64,000 nt of DNA, taken from Malacoraja senta. Its lineage: Eukaryota. Below are positions 11,952 to 24,267 of this stretch, in pieces. The translations under genes and the position numbers were made by a program. The notes beneath the pieces were generated by a model. The model did not search any database and had not been told where the DNA came from. It worked only from the letters and a program-made list of their open reading frames with translations. The stretch is taken from NCBI GenBank assembly GCA_038087875.1, contig CM075986.1, forward strand, positions 14,694,001-14,758,000, given 5' to 3'. Position 1 is the stretch's first letter; each line of letters starts with the position of its first letter.

Positions 11952-12243
11952 GGGTGGCACGGTGGCACAGCAGTAGAGTTGCTGCCTTACAGCGCTTGCA
12001 GCTCCAGAGACCTGGGTTCGATCCCGACTACGGGTGCTGTCTGTACAGAGTTTGTACGTTTTCCCCGTGAACGTGGGTTTTCTCCGAGATCTTCAGTTTC
12101 CTTCCACACTTCAAAGACGTACAGGTTTGTTGGTTAATTGGCTTGGTTTAAGTGTAAATTGTCCCTAGTGCGTGTTAATATGCGGGGATCGCTGGTCAGT
12201 GCGGACTTGGTGGGCTGAAGGGCTGTATCTACAACCCTAAAAC
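11952..12243 (+). mobile_element. tRNA-derived V-SINE (HE1-like)
   Basis: GGCACGGTGGCACAGCAGTAG A-box and GGTTCGATCCC B-box, central GAGTTTGTACGTT..CCCCGTG domain, and a LINE-derived 3' tail. Confidence 0.8.
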
Positions 12244-13921
12244 TTCCCCGTCTCAAAAACATAGCAAAGCATGCATAATCAAATACTCCAAAAGCCAAAG
12301 ATAGAAATAGGCACAAAGTTCAGATAATGTGGGTAATGGTTTTCTGATCTGATAACTTGGGCAATGATAGCTTTTAAAAAACCTGTGCAATTCAAGGACT
12401 CATTTTAAGATGAAGGTTTGAAAATGTTCAGCAATTTGAATAAACCAACATTTGTGTAACCTTTATTTATTGAATATTTTAACATCAACCTTAACCCATT
12501 TAAGATAAATGCATTGTATTTATGTTAAAATTGAACAATGGAATGACACGTTAATAGCACTGATGGTAATTCGGAGGCAGTATATTACAACAGAAGAATG
12601 AAGAGACAGCATTGTCTGGTAATAACAGGTAACCATAGTCCAGCACACATTGAGTACTCATCCATGCTCACTCAAACGTATTAATTCATGTGAACTCTGA
12701 GATATGTAAGGATGTAAATTCAAAGAGATACCAAATAATGTTGAAACTAGCTGAGGATGAGACAGTGATGAGGGTTGGGTATGATTAAACTTGCAACAGA
12801 TTCTTAATTTTAAAGTCTGTAAAGAAATAGGTTCATAGGTTCTAGGAGCAGAATTGGGCCATTCAAAGTCTACTCCGCCATTCAATCATGGCTGATCTAT
12901 CTTTCCTTCTCAACCTCATTCTCCTGCCTTCTCCCCATAACCCCTGTCACCCCTGATACATTTTTAAAATCTTTAATCATTTTCTTTCACCTACTAGAAA
13001 ATAAATCTCACCAATCTATGCATGCACCCGTTTCATAAGGGAATAGATGTAAAGATGTTTTAGAACAAGATAACACACCAAAAAAAAGTATATTTAAACA
13101 TGATAGGTTTAACTCAGCTGGTAACACTTTTGCTCCTGACTCATAGGTTATAAGTTCAGACTCCATTCTAGGCTTAAATACACAATCTAAACTGACACTA
13201 CATTTAAACAGAAACCCCATATGCCCTTTCAAGTAAATATTATAGTCAATGGAATTTTGGTGCAATGGTCAGGATTCCTTGCTCGGTCTCAAGGACACTA
13301 AGAATCGGATTTTCAAATCATTGAATTGTTATTTGTAAGGCACTGCTGTGTGAGACTAATATTTTTCTGTATAATATTTTTATTTGTATGTAACGCATAT
13401 TATTTGGGCTCTGTGAAAGGTCATATAAATGAATGGATAATTGTTTAATAATTTTATTTGGACTGTGTATTATTCATTTCAAATACTGTAAACTAATGCA
13501 TTTTCAAAGGCATCTTTTATGTATTTGAACAACAGTTTGTACAGCACTGAGAAATGAGTGGTGTACAACAACAATCATGTCGCAAACAACCATAAAATCC
13601 AATTGGTAACACTTGGTATTAACAGGATGAGACTATTTGACTCAGGACCTTGCAACGTTTCTCCTCATCAAACTAATTCTTCCATCTTTTCTTTCTTATC
13701 TTATCTTATGGAGGGATATGGGTTATGGGCAGGTAGATAAGTGATGTTGTTGGCATTATGTTCGGTACAGACATTGTGGGCCAAAGGGCCTGTTCTTGTG
13801 CCATATTATGTTCTATGTTCTACATAGATTGTCCTTGAATACATCCATGCTATTTACTTCAACTATTTTCTGTGATAGCGACATTTGCATTCCATCCACT
13901 ATCTCAGTTTCTCCTGAATTT

Positions 13922-14050
13922 CTGAAGAAGGTTTTCAACCCGAAGCGTTGCCTATTTCCTTCGCTCCATAGATGCTGCCTCACCCGCTGAGTTTCTCCAG
14001 CATTTTTGTTTATTATCGATTTTCCAGCATCTGCAGTTCCTTCTTAAACA
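13922..14050 (+). mobile_element. Short PLE-derived insertion (129 bp) with 13-bp TSD
   Basis: TTCTCCTGAATTT at 13909-13921 and 14051-14063. The insert starts at CTGAAGAAG and ends ...GCAGTTCCTTCTTAAACA. Confidence 0.75.
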
Positions 14051-14238
14051 TTCTCCTGAATTTTCTTTCAGATTCATTTGTAACTGTCTTACAACCATGA
14101 ACTCTAGTTATGGTCTCAGCTTCAAGTGCAGACATCTTAATTTCTACTTTAATAAACGTTTCCTTAACTTTGCAACCTCTTTCCAGCCATTCCCCAGCCT
14201 TCCATTTTCAAGGGAAAGATTCTGCCAGGATCCAATAT

Positions 14239-14420
14239 TGTTGGTTTGTCATAACTCACATACAGTGATTAGGATCCAAAGACCTTTATTAGCAATTCAG
14301 CATAGGTAACTTCATCTTAACATACAGCTCAAAACTAAGAGAGAAAAGGAAAAATGCTTTCTTTTAAACCTGTGGGCAGAGCCACAGTATGACTCATAAC
14401 ATGAGTGACACTGATCTACA
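14239..14420 (-). repeat. 3' LTR (182 bp)
   Basis: Direct repeat of 16359-16538; adjacent polypurine tract AAGAGGGAGGA on the minus strand (14421-14431). Confidence 0.92.
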
Positions 14421-14506
14421 TCCTCCCTCTTAAAGAATTAAATGTAAATACAAAACTATTGACTGAATAAGGCATGCATACTAAATGATAATAAGCTGGA
14501 GGGAAG

Positions 14507-16134
14507 TCAAACGTAGCCCGGGTACTTTACGGTGGGCTTGCAAGCACAACCAGCACGTGTGCGATATAAACCATTTCCGTTCTTCGCCACCGGGGACAGA
14601 GTCGATGGTATAATTGGTGGCGGAGATTGAAACGGTATTCCCGGTGATGAAACAGGGGACTTTGGTACAGGCGGAGGAGGCGTCGCCATAGGCAAAGTAA
14701 CCGTTTCAGAAACAGGTTGTTGTGCTGGTGCAGGCGGGCCGATGCCGCTGGACGTGGATGGAAGTACACTTGTGCGGTCAGGATAATACGGAGGTGGAGC
14801 TGGCTCATTCACAGACAGGATATGTTGCCTATTACGTCTGCAGCTGCCGCCATCGGCATTGACCAAATATGAGCATGGCTCAGAGGCAGTTCCAGAAATC
14901 ACACCGATACGGTCATGACCATTGTCGGTTTGCAAACGAACCACCTGCCCCTCGGTTAATCGCAGCAGCGTTCTGCTTGTTTTGTCATACCACTGTTTTT
15001 GAATGTCACGCTTTTGTTGCAGCCTGGACTGGACTTCTGATGGTGGGACCACCTGCGGGATTAATGCCTGATCTGCTACAGGCGCTGTGGCTCGGGTCTG
15101 TCTTGACAATAAACGTTGAGCAGGTGAACCCAAGATGGGGTCGCAGGAGATGTTGCACAGGTTGAGCAGGTCCAAGTACACATCGGAATTAGCTCTGTGG
15201 GATCGTTCCATTAATTGTTTGGCACTCCTGACAGCCTGTTCAGCCAGTCCATTGGACTGAGGATATTCAGGGCTGCTGGTGATGTGGAGAAAACCCCAGC
15301 GTGCAGCAAACTCTTTGAAGTGCTGGCTGATAAATTGTCTGCCGTTATCAGATAGCAGTTGACAAGGAGCTCCGTGGTCTGCAAATAGGCGAGCGAGTTT
15401 TAGAACCACTCCGTGAGAAGTGGGGCTACTAAGAAGATCGATGTCAAACCAGCCGGAATACGAGTCGACAAGAACCAGGTACTGCTTGCCATGTCACTCA
15501 AATATGTCAGTTGCCACTGTAGACCACGGGAGGGCAAGAGCCGGGTGTGAGAGAAGTGGTTGTTTTTGTTGATGAGGTGCCAAACTGTTACACACTGCAC
15601 AGGATGCCACATTCTCGAGAATATATTCAGCCATATCAGGCCAGTAAAACATGTTTTTTGCTCGTAGGACAGTTGCTTCAGCGCCTGGGTGCCCTGCATG
15701 GACAGCGTTAAAATACTTGTTGTGTAAAGAAGCAGGGACTACAGCCTTGTGGCCTTTTACGATAATACCATCTTGTAGTACTAGTTCATCACAGATGGCA
15801 AAGAAAGGCTGAACTGGAAGTGGTACATTGTAATGCCTGTCAGGCCAGCAGCGCTTAATGATGGAGGCGAGCGACCGTAAGGTACAGTCAGCAGCAGTAT
15901 GGGCAACCAGCTCCTCCACACAGGACGAGGGAATACAAGACACAGTCATTATTACAAAGTTGTCATCCGGTGAGGGCGGACCCTCGCAGGTCTTTCGGGG
16001 ACAAGCAGGAGGGTGTCAGCCAGGTATGGTTTGTAGGTCAGAACAATGTCATACTTTTGAAGTTGAAGCAACATCCATTGAAGGCGCCCGGGAGAGGCAT
16101 GAATGGGTTTGTTAAAGATGCTGACCAGTTTCAA
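14507..16134 (-). pseudogene. Gypsy pol remnant: RNase H C-terminus plus integrase
   Basis: RLQWMLLQLQKYD...LADTL (RNase H end), HAGHPG...CAVC (HHCC), and DIFE / LSDNGRQF / SNGLAE (DDE core). Split over several ORFs by stops and frameshifts. Confidence 0.88.
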
Positions 16135-16340
16135 TCCTGACCGTATGTTTCAACAGGTTTGCCATGTCTTTGGCTTTGCAAAAAATATATATGTCTCTCC
16201 ATTACTAGATTAGTACGTAACTCACATAACTGTCGGAATTTGTTTAGCAGGCAGTCGGGGTCCCGGGTGGACTCAGCGGGAGCAATCTGGACACCAGCCA
16301 GATCAAATCTAGCTGGTTCCAATTGGAGGCGTGGATTCAT

Positions 16341-16358
16341 ATCCCACTTCTGACACCA
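16341..16358 (-). promoter_or_regulatory. Primer-binding site complementary to the tRNA-Leu 3' end
   Basis: TGGTGTCAGAAGTGGGAT immediately follows the 5' LTR on the minus strand. It matches my recollection of the vertebrate tRNA-Leu(CAA) 3' end (...ATCCCACTTCTGACACCA). Confidence 0.8.
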
Positions 16359-16538
16359 TGTTGGATTGACATAACTCACACACAGTGATTAGGATCCAAA
16401 GACTTTTATTAGCAATTCAGCCTAGGTAACTTCATCTTAACATACAGCTCAAAACTAAGAGAGAAAGGGAAAAAGGCTTTCTATTAAACCTGTGGGCAGA
16501 GCCACAGTATGACTCATAACATGTGACATTGATCTACA
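16359..16538 (-). repeat. 5' LTR (180 bp)
   Basis: Direct repeat of 14239-14420. Confidence 0.92.
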
Positions 16539-16715
16539 AATATCCATCAGTGTGAGGATCTAACGCCATGTCCCTGGGCCTCAATACGCAGTTTGCTGGA
16601 AAACCAATGACCAAAGTCACTGGATATCTAGAATTATATTCGTAGCATTAGCCAGGGTAGGAAGCTGCTTCCTCTGAGTTACTTGGCAGGTCTAAATTGC
16701 AAGTATAACATCAGC

Positions 16716-17138
16716 AGGCAGCACCGTGGCGCAGCTGGTAGAGCTGCTGCCTCAGTGCCAGAGAACCAGGTTCAATCCTGACAAGGTAGAGTTTGCATCG
16801 AAGACAGACACAAAAAGCTGGAGTAATTCAGCAGGTCAGGCGGCATCTCTGGAGCAAAAGAATAGGTGACGTTTCGGGTCGAGACCATTCCTCAGATCTT
16901 CCTCAGAGTTGTCTATGTGACCACGTGGGTTTCCTCTGGGTGCTCCGACGTCCATTCCACATCCCAAAGGCATGCGGGTTTGTAGATTTCTATTAAGTTC
17001 TATACATTTTCCATGGTGTGTATGGAGTGGATGCAAAAGTGGGATAATTTAGAAACAGGTGTGAACAGGTGATTGATGGTAAGCATGGACTCGGTGGGCA
17101 GAAGGGCCTGTTTGCATGCTGTATGTTTCAATCAATCA
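16716..17138 (+). mobile_element. V-SINE with (TCAA)n tail, interrupted by a PLE fragment (~16800-16895)
   Basis: GGCAGCACCGTGGCGCAGCTGG head, GGTTCAATCC B-box, GGGCAGAAGGGCCTG tail. Confidence 0.7.
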
Positions 17139-17224
17139 CACAAGGAGGATTGGGGTGGTGATATAACCTTGCTTAACCCTAGTTCGCACTTGGATTGGCT
17201 CTGTGGTGGATCACTTAACGATGA

Positions 17225-17360
17225 TCACAACTTGCCCATCATCGTGAAGTAGACCGAGGATGGTGATGAAATTTTAGAGCATCCAAATTTGAGGAGGATT
17301 ATTCGCAATGCCCCAGTGTGGACAGATTGGAAGGCTTTTGTGAGATCAAAGGTTTTGGAT
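17225..17360 (-). mobile_element. RTE LINE RT fragment
   Basis: FDLTKAFQSVHTGALRIILLKFGC motif. Confidence 0.6.
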
Positions 17361-19424
17361 GCAGAACAGCCGGAAGCAAACGGACTGTTGTGCCTGGCAG
17401 TATGATGCAGGAGGCTGGGCACAGACACAGCCGGTGTCCTTAACCATCTTGCTTCACAAATTGATCTTTACTTAGCATGTGCATGCAGTTGATTAATATC
17501 ACTTAGAATAGAAATGGAAGCAGGTTGACATTTGCTTGTTGAATGAGCTTTGCAAAATAGCATAAATATTAAATACCCCCTCAGGCTGTGGAAAATTGCC
17601 TGTTCTCCATGATCCTATTTTTGGAATGAAGAAACGTAACACAGTGTGTTATGGATGAACATATTTGCATGGAAGGCAGAATATTTCCTACTGTTCTGAC
17701 ATTTAAGGTTGTGCCAGAACACAGCTAGTATATCATTAGTACAGGCCCTGGCCATATGGAACAACATCCAAACACTGCACCAGTGGAGAGAGCACCATGC
17801 CAGATGCATTTGAGGGTTTTTTGGGAAACAGCCAATAAAACTCCTGACCTCTTAATGACTTCTACCTAGTGATCACACTGCCAACCTGAATCATGTTCGG
17901 AAGTTTAAGTCCCACTCCAAGCAGTAAAGCCAATAATTTAGTCTGATGTTCAGCAGTACCAAGGGTGTGCCGCACTGTCAAGGATGCCTTGTTTTAGACA
18001 AGATCATGGAGCCATACAGTTATACAGCATGAAAGCAGGCTCTTTGGCCCAACTCATCACTTCAAATCCAGAGGTCTACCTGAGCGAGTCCCATTTGTCC
18101 CATCAATGTACCTGTCTAAATGCCTTTTAACAAATTGTAATTGGAGCCAATCGTCCAGCAGCTCATTCCATGTAAGCACCACCCTCTGTGAGAGACGTTG
18201 CCCTCAGGTCAGCTTTAAATCTTTGTCCGCTCAGGTATAATATGCCTTCTATCTTTAGAATCCCCAACCGAAAAAATACTGTGTCCATTTCACCTATCTA
18301 TGCCCCTCATGATTTTATATGCCTCTATGAGGTTACCCCTTCAACCACCAACATTCCAGGGAAAACTAGTCAGGTATGCAAGATTGTCCAAATATCTTAT
18401 AGAAAATCTCATTGTGTGTGGCATGTTTCAGGATGGTAAATAAATAGGACTGTTGTAAATAAACAACGGACATTTTCATAGACCCAGACATCCCTACCAG
18501 AACTCAGGTCCACACACACTCCCTAAACCTGGCTTGGTCTTGGACCATGGGAGGCCCAATCTCTGCCCTGCTGTAAACACTGGAGCTCGGATGCTCAGGC
18601 TATTGGAAGCTTATTATCATCATCAGTGGTCACTCGAAGTTGAGTATGATTGTTCTCCTTGTGGCTCCTTTCTGTGGGTCTAGAGATGTCCGAAGAGGTC
18701 AATCCTGGAGCCTCAGCCTTTATCGCAGGTGTAGATGGGATGTCCAGGTGGACACTTGCATGTGATATATTTCAACGCGGGGAGACTGGTCCTTGACAGA
18801 GACAGGTCCAATGGCGTGGACTCCACCACAGTTGGGAGTCTCTCACTGCTGCAGCTTTCTTCTGTCTTCTCAACCGATGTGGTGCTCCATCTGCTGGCCA
18901 GCCACCATACTCCACCGGGTTTCCTGTTGAGGTCTTCTCCTTCGACCGCGCTTCGTCAGGAACCTCTCCCTTGACCTGCCTGCCATGGATGACTGTGCTT
19001 CCCCACCACGACATGGTAGCAGTTCTCAGAGAAGCTTGTACCATGAAGCACAGCCAGAGCTCAGACCCCCACATACTCTCCCCTATCTCCACTCTGGTCA
19101 AACGAGGAGATCTGAATCCTTGCATCGCCCCTCACTTGACATTAAGACCCCTATGTGGAATTCCACCATTTTTAGATTTTATTTCAAATTTGCAGCATCT
19201 GCAGGGCTTTTATTCAATTTAACGAAGCAGTCGCTAATTGCCCACAGATTTGGGACTAGTTGTCTCTTATGGTTCAATGCAGCAATGATGGCTTTATCCA
19301 TTGCTGCCAAGACATAAATGATTCCCTCTTCACTTCTCCATCTCTGGGGAATATAACTGATGATATCCAGTCTTGGATCATCAAAAAAAGTTCACAAGAA
19401 CAAAATACTGCAGATGCTGGAATT

Positions 19425-19712
19425 TCGTTTAGTTTAGTTTGGAGATAAGGCATGAAAACAGGCCCTTCGGCCCACTGAGTTCGTGCTGACCAGCGGTCAA
19501 CCCGTACACCAGTTCTATCCTAGCGACACTAGCGACAATTTATGGAAGCCAATTAACCTACAAATCTATACGTCCTTAAAATGGGGGAGGAAACCGGAGC
19601 ACCTGGAGAAAACTCACGTGGTCACAGGGAGAATGAGCCAACTCCGCACAGACAGCACCCCATGTCTCCGGCTCTTTGAGGCAGCAGCTCTACCACTGCA
19701 GTAACGTGCCAC
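19425..19712 (-). mobile_element. V-SINE (HE1-like)
   Basis: Reverse complement of the SINE consensus seen elsewhere in the window, with a TTTAG tail. Confidence 0.75.
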
Positions 19713-20969
19713 CACATCTGATACAAAAGCAGAAAATGGTGGAAATAATAATTGGGTCAGGCAGCACTGGTGAAGAGAAGATCAGGGGTAATATTTCAGG
19801 GTTCATTACTTTCCATCAGTTAATACAGCCATTTTGGGATATATTAGAAAATCTGTGATATCTTCTCACATTTTTATAGTGGTTCTCATGTGATGCCTCT
19901 GTCACATGTGAATGAGGAAACTGTACCATGTCTTTCCTTAATAGCTACTGTATGATTTTATGTCTGACATTGATTATAATTGCAGTAATCAGCAAAGTGC
20001 AAGCTACACTTAAACTGCTGTGTGCCCCAGAAACACAGGTCAGAGTCACACAGCTGAAGATAATGATAGTATTTTATTTATTAATTAAACAATCTAATGT
20101 TTCCTTTATCTCAACAGAGACTGAAATTTAAAAAGCGTTTCATTGGTAGTAAATCCTATGTGTGCCCTAAAAGTATTTCCTTTTGCAAAATTCTGTTAAA
20201 AAAAAATGCATTGATTATAAATGAGTTTCAACTAATAAGTCAGCAAAATATGAATTTCAAATACATGGAACGTCCATTAAAGTGTCAAATTAATGGCAGA
20301 CATTCACCAGTAGGGGAGTATTTTATTGGTTTAAAATGCAATTCATTCAAAAACAACTCCTCCAATTTATGCTCAGTTTATTGGATGCTTCTCGTAGAGA
20401 GTAAATATCACACCAACTTAAATTTCCAGAGCATTCAATTCTGATCGCTCAGAATTCAGCTCGTCCTGAAGATTTGTAGCCATTATTTATTTTAGGGTTT
20501 GATTCTCAGTAAGATCCCACAGGAACCTTCATGGAATTATTTACAACCAACACAAACAACATATTCAAGGCTAATTCATCTGGTCGTGTACCAGAGAAAT
20601 CAGGCACATCAGTCAATACATTATACAGAGCATAATAATTCTGACATCTGATTTGACCTGACACTTTCTGGCAATGCAGGATATCTAAACCAAGAGTGAA
20701 ATGCATGTTTTACAATGCATTTGTATCAGCAGCTCCTTTCAGCAATAAAACAGAAATGTTCGTGTTGGCGACAGTCCAAGACACTCAATATCCATGTAGG
20801 CCTTTACTTCTTCACGCCTGTTCCACCTCCCACTTAGATCACAGCTAATCCGTATCTCAAGTCCATTTGCCTACTTTGATACAAATCTTTTGAGGACAAA
20901 AATTAAGCTACACCTTATTGATCTTATTTGATGTGCTTGTTTGTAAGCAAAATCCTCTTTTCACCAGTT

Positions 20970-22375
20970 GAGTCATGGAGCTGTATAGCAGAGAAACAGA
21001 CCTTTCAAGTGTCTGCCCAGATGCTTCTTAAATGTTGTTATTGTTCCTGCCCCCTCCACCTCCTCTGGTGTTCTAGATACCAACTACACTGTGGAAACAA
21101 TTTACTCCTCAGATCTCCTTTAAACCTCCTCTCACTCTCCGTAACCCCATCCCCTCCAGTTTTGGGCACCCCTGCCATGGGAAACAAACTTTTGCCTTCT
21201 ACCCTTTCCATGTCTCTCTTAGTTTTATATATCTATACATATATTTCCTCTCAGCCTTCTTTGCTCCTGGGAAATTAGAGCCAGACTATCTCTCATAATT
21301 CAAGCTCTCCAATCCTGGTAATAACATTGTGAATCTTTCCTGTGCCTTCTCTAGCTTGATCACATCTTTTCTCACAATCAGAACTGCACACAATACTTCA
21401 AGTGTGGCCTAACCAAAGTTTTGTACCGCTTCAACATGTTGTCCTAACCCTTGTACTCACTGCCTCAGCGTGCCCTATGCCTCCCTTACCAACCCTGTCT
21501 ACCTGCGTTGCCACTTTCAGGGAACTAGGAACTTGTGCCCCAAAGTCACATTGTTCAACAACATTGCTCAGGGCCCTGCCATTCACTGTGTATGTCCAGC
21601 CCTGGTTTAATTTCCCAAAATATATCATTTCACACTTGTTCGAGTTAAATTGAGTTAACTTTCAGAATTGATCGAGATCTTGTTGCAACCACAGATAACC
21701 TTCTTTACTTTTCACCATAACACCAATTTTGTTGTTATCTGCAGATTTACTAATAATGCCTCGTCCAAATCACATATATATGACAAACAACAGAGGACCA
21801 GCACTAATCTTTACGGCAAAAGACTTGTCACAGGCCTCCAATATGAAAAACAACCCTCCACTCTCACCATCTGCCTCCACCCCAATTGCCATCCAATTGT
21901 TATGTTATCCTGGATACCATGTGTTCTAATCTACCATGCACGATCTTGTAAAAGGTTTTGCTAAAGTCCATGTAAACATTGGCTAACACCCCGCATTTGT
22001 CAATTCACTCGGTCTCCTCCACAAAAAACTCAATTAAATGAATGGAAACATAATTTCCCACGCATTAAGCCATGCTGGCAACCTCTAATCAGTCCTCGCT
22101 TTTCCAAATGCAAATACATTATGTCTCTCAGGATTGCTGCCAATAACTTGCCCATAATTAAATGTTAAGCTCACTGGCCTGTAGTTCCCTGGCTTATCCT
22201 CGTTCCCTGCTTACATAAAGGCAAGACATTAACCATCCTCCAGTCTACCAGTTGCACACCTGTGGCTAACATCCTCTACCAAGGCCCCAGCAATCCCCTC
22301 CCTTGCTTTCTGTAATATCCTAGGACATGCCTGGTCAGCCCCCAGGGATTTATTCAATGTAACACATTTCAAGAC
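20970..22375 (-). mobile_element. Old CR1 LINE ORF2 fragment
   Basis: YTVNGRALSNVVEQCDFGAQVPSSLKVATQVDRV and other degenerate RT-region text on the minus strand. Confidence 0.65.
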
Positions 22376-22965
22376 CAGCACGGGTGTCAGAGGTTATGGG
22401 AAGATGGCAGGAGAATGGGGTTAGGAGGGAGAGATAGACCAGCCATGATTGAATGGCAGTAGAATTGATGGGCCGAATGGCCTAATTCTGCTCCTATCAC
22501 GTGATCTTATGGTCTTCCACTTTCATAATGTTGGTATTCTTCAGGATATCGTTGCTCCATCCCCTAAACTCAGTAGTTTCCGTGCCCTTCCCCATGGAAA
22601 TTCTAGACAAGAAATATTCATTTAAGACCTCGGCCATTTCCGGCGGGCATTACACAGAGATTACAACTCTGATCCTTAGAGGACCGGCTCTCTCCCTCGG
22701 TACCGTTTTATTCTTACTATACTATTTCTGCCCTTCTAAATCCATCTTAAATGCACACAGACATCCTTTATTCTCCTCAAGGATCTAGGTTGATTCCAGC
22801 TGCCTGTAGCTGACATTTGCCTCCTTTTTTCTAATCTTGTCAGCCTTGACCTTCATTCCAACAGGAACATACTGGCCCTGAATTCTTCCTTTCTCACTTT
22901 TAAAAGTCTCCCACTCGCCAGACATTCTTTTGCTTGCAAACAGCCTCACTCAATCAACCTTGAGC

Positions 22966-23345
22966 AGGCAGCACGGTGGCGCAGCGGTACAGTTGCTGCC
23001 TTACAGCACCAGAGACCCGGGTTCGATCCTGACTACGGGTGCTTGTCTGTAGGGAGATTGTACGTTCTCCCCGTGACCTGTGTGGCATTTCTCAGAGATC
23101 TTCGGTTCCCTCCCACACCCCAAAGGCATACAGGTTTGTAGGTTAATTGGCTTGGTATAAATATAATGTGTGTAGGATAGTGTTAGTGTGCGGGGATAGC
23201 TGGTTGTTGTGGGCCGAAGGACCTGGTTCAGCGCTGTATCTCTAAACTAAACTAAACTAAATGAGTGGTTATCGCTGGTTGGTGCGGACTCGGTGGGCCG
23301 AAGGACCTGTTTCCGTGCTGTATCTCTAAACTAAATTAAACTAAA
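22966..23345 (+). mobile_element. V-SINE (HE1-like) with duplicated 3' tail
   Basis: A-box and GGTTCGATCC B-box; two successive GGGCCGAAGG...TCTCTAAACTAAA ends. Confidence 0.82.
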
Positions 23346-24267
23346 GTCATGTCTGTGCCATCAGCTAATTGAGTTACCTGCTGCCTGAGAAAAGTGTAAA
23401 GGGGAAGTAAAAAAGCAAACTGCAGGATAAAATCAGTGGAATAGTCTTTATCTGTGGAAGGCTTGGGATGATCAACGTTTTGGGTCCATTGTAGACCCTG
23501 CAACAGGACTAAGAATGGAGAGGGCAGATAGCCAGTATATAGAGAGAGAGATGAGGCAGGGGCTGGCAGACGTTAGGTGGAACCAGGTGAGGAGCAGGAA
23601 TAATGGGGCCAGGTGGGCTCGTGGGAGGGGCGGAGAAAGTAGATCACAATAGCTGGGTGATGTGTAGACAAAGATAAGGAAAGAGCAATAAAAGGGCACA
23701 TAGTCAGTAGGTCAGGCAACATCCCTGGTGATTATGGATAGGTGACGTTTCGGGTCGGGACCCTTCTTCAGATTGAAGATCGGTCTAAAAATGGGTCCTA
23801 ACCTGAAACATCACTTATCCCTGTTCTCTAGGGATGCTGCCTGACCTGCTGAGTTACTCCAGCACTTTGTGTGTTTTTTTTTTTGTAAACCAGCATCTGC
23901 AGTTTGGTGTTTCTTCAAGATTAATAAAGGAGATGGTTTCAAGTGGGGGAGGGGTTTGGTGACAGAGAAGGATGAGACAGAAGGTGAAACATGGAGACAT
24001 AAAACACTACAGATGCTGATATCTGATCAGTAAGGTGATAAATGGAACCAGAGAAAGGAGGAATGATGGGCAGATGGAAACAATAGTGGGAAGGGTGAGG
24101 AGACCAGGCAGGTTAAGGTGTGTGTGGGGGGAAGTGATTGCTGGCAGATCGAAACCAGATGGAGAAAGGAAATGAAACTGAGTGTCAGGAGGATGGGATC
24201 GGGTGTGAGGATGTTGGAAGAATTGAGGTGGATCAGAAGGAGCTCAAGCATTGCCAATCAAATAAAA

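Larger units (their letters stand above)
14239..16538 (-). mobile_element. Internally deleted Gypsy/Metaviridae LTR retrotransposon (2300 bp)
   Basis: LTRs at 14239-14420 and 16359-16538 (TG...CA; ~9 substitutions plus a 2-bp indel by eye). AATAT TSD at 14234-14238 and 16539-16543. PBS next to the 5' LTR and PPT next to the 3' LTR. Gag fragment, RNase H tail and integrase are present. Confidence 0.93.

Noticed and set aside
11952-12030. tRNA-like sequence with A and B boxes (also at other SINE heads)
   Set aside because: These are tRNA-derived SINE heads followed by the V-domain and LINE tail, not tRNA genes.
16341-16358. tRNA-Leu 3' end with CCA
   Set aside because: Only 18 nt and adjacent to an LTR, so it is a primer-binding site, not a tRNA gene or prophage att site.
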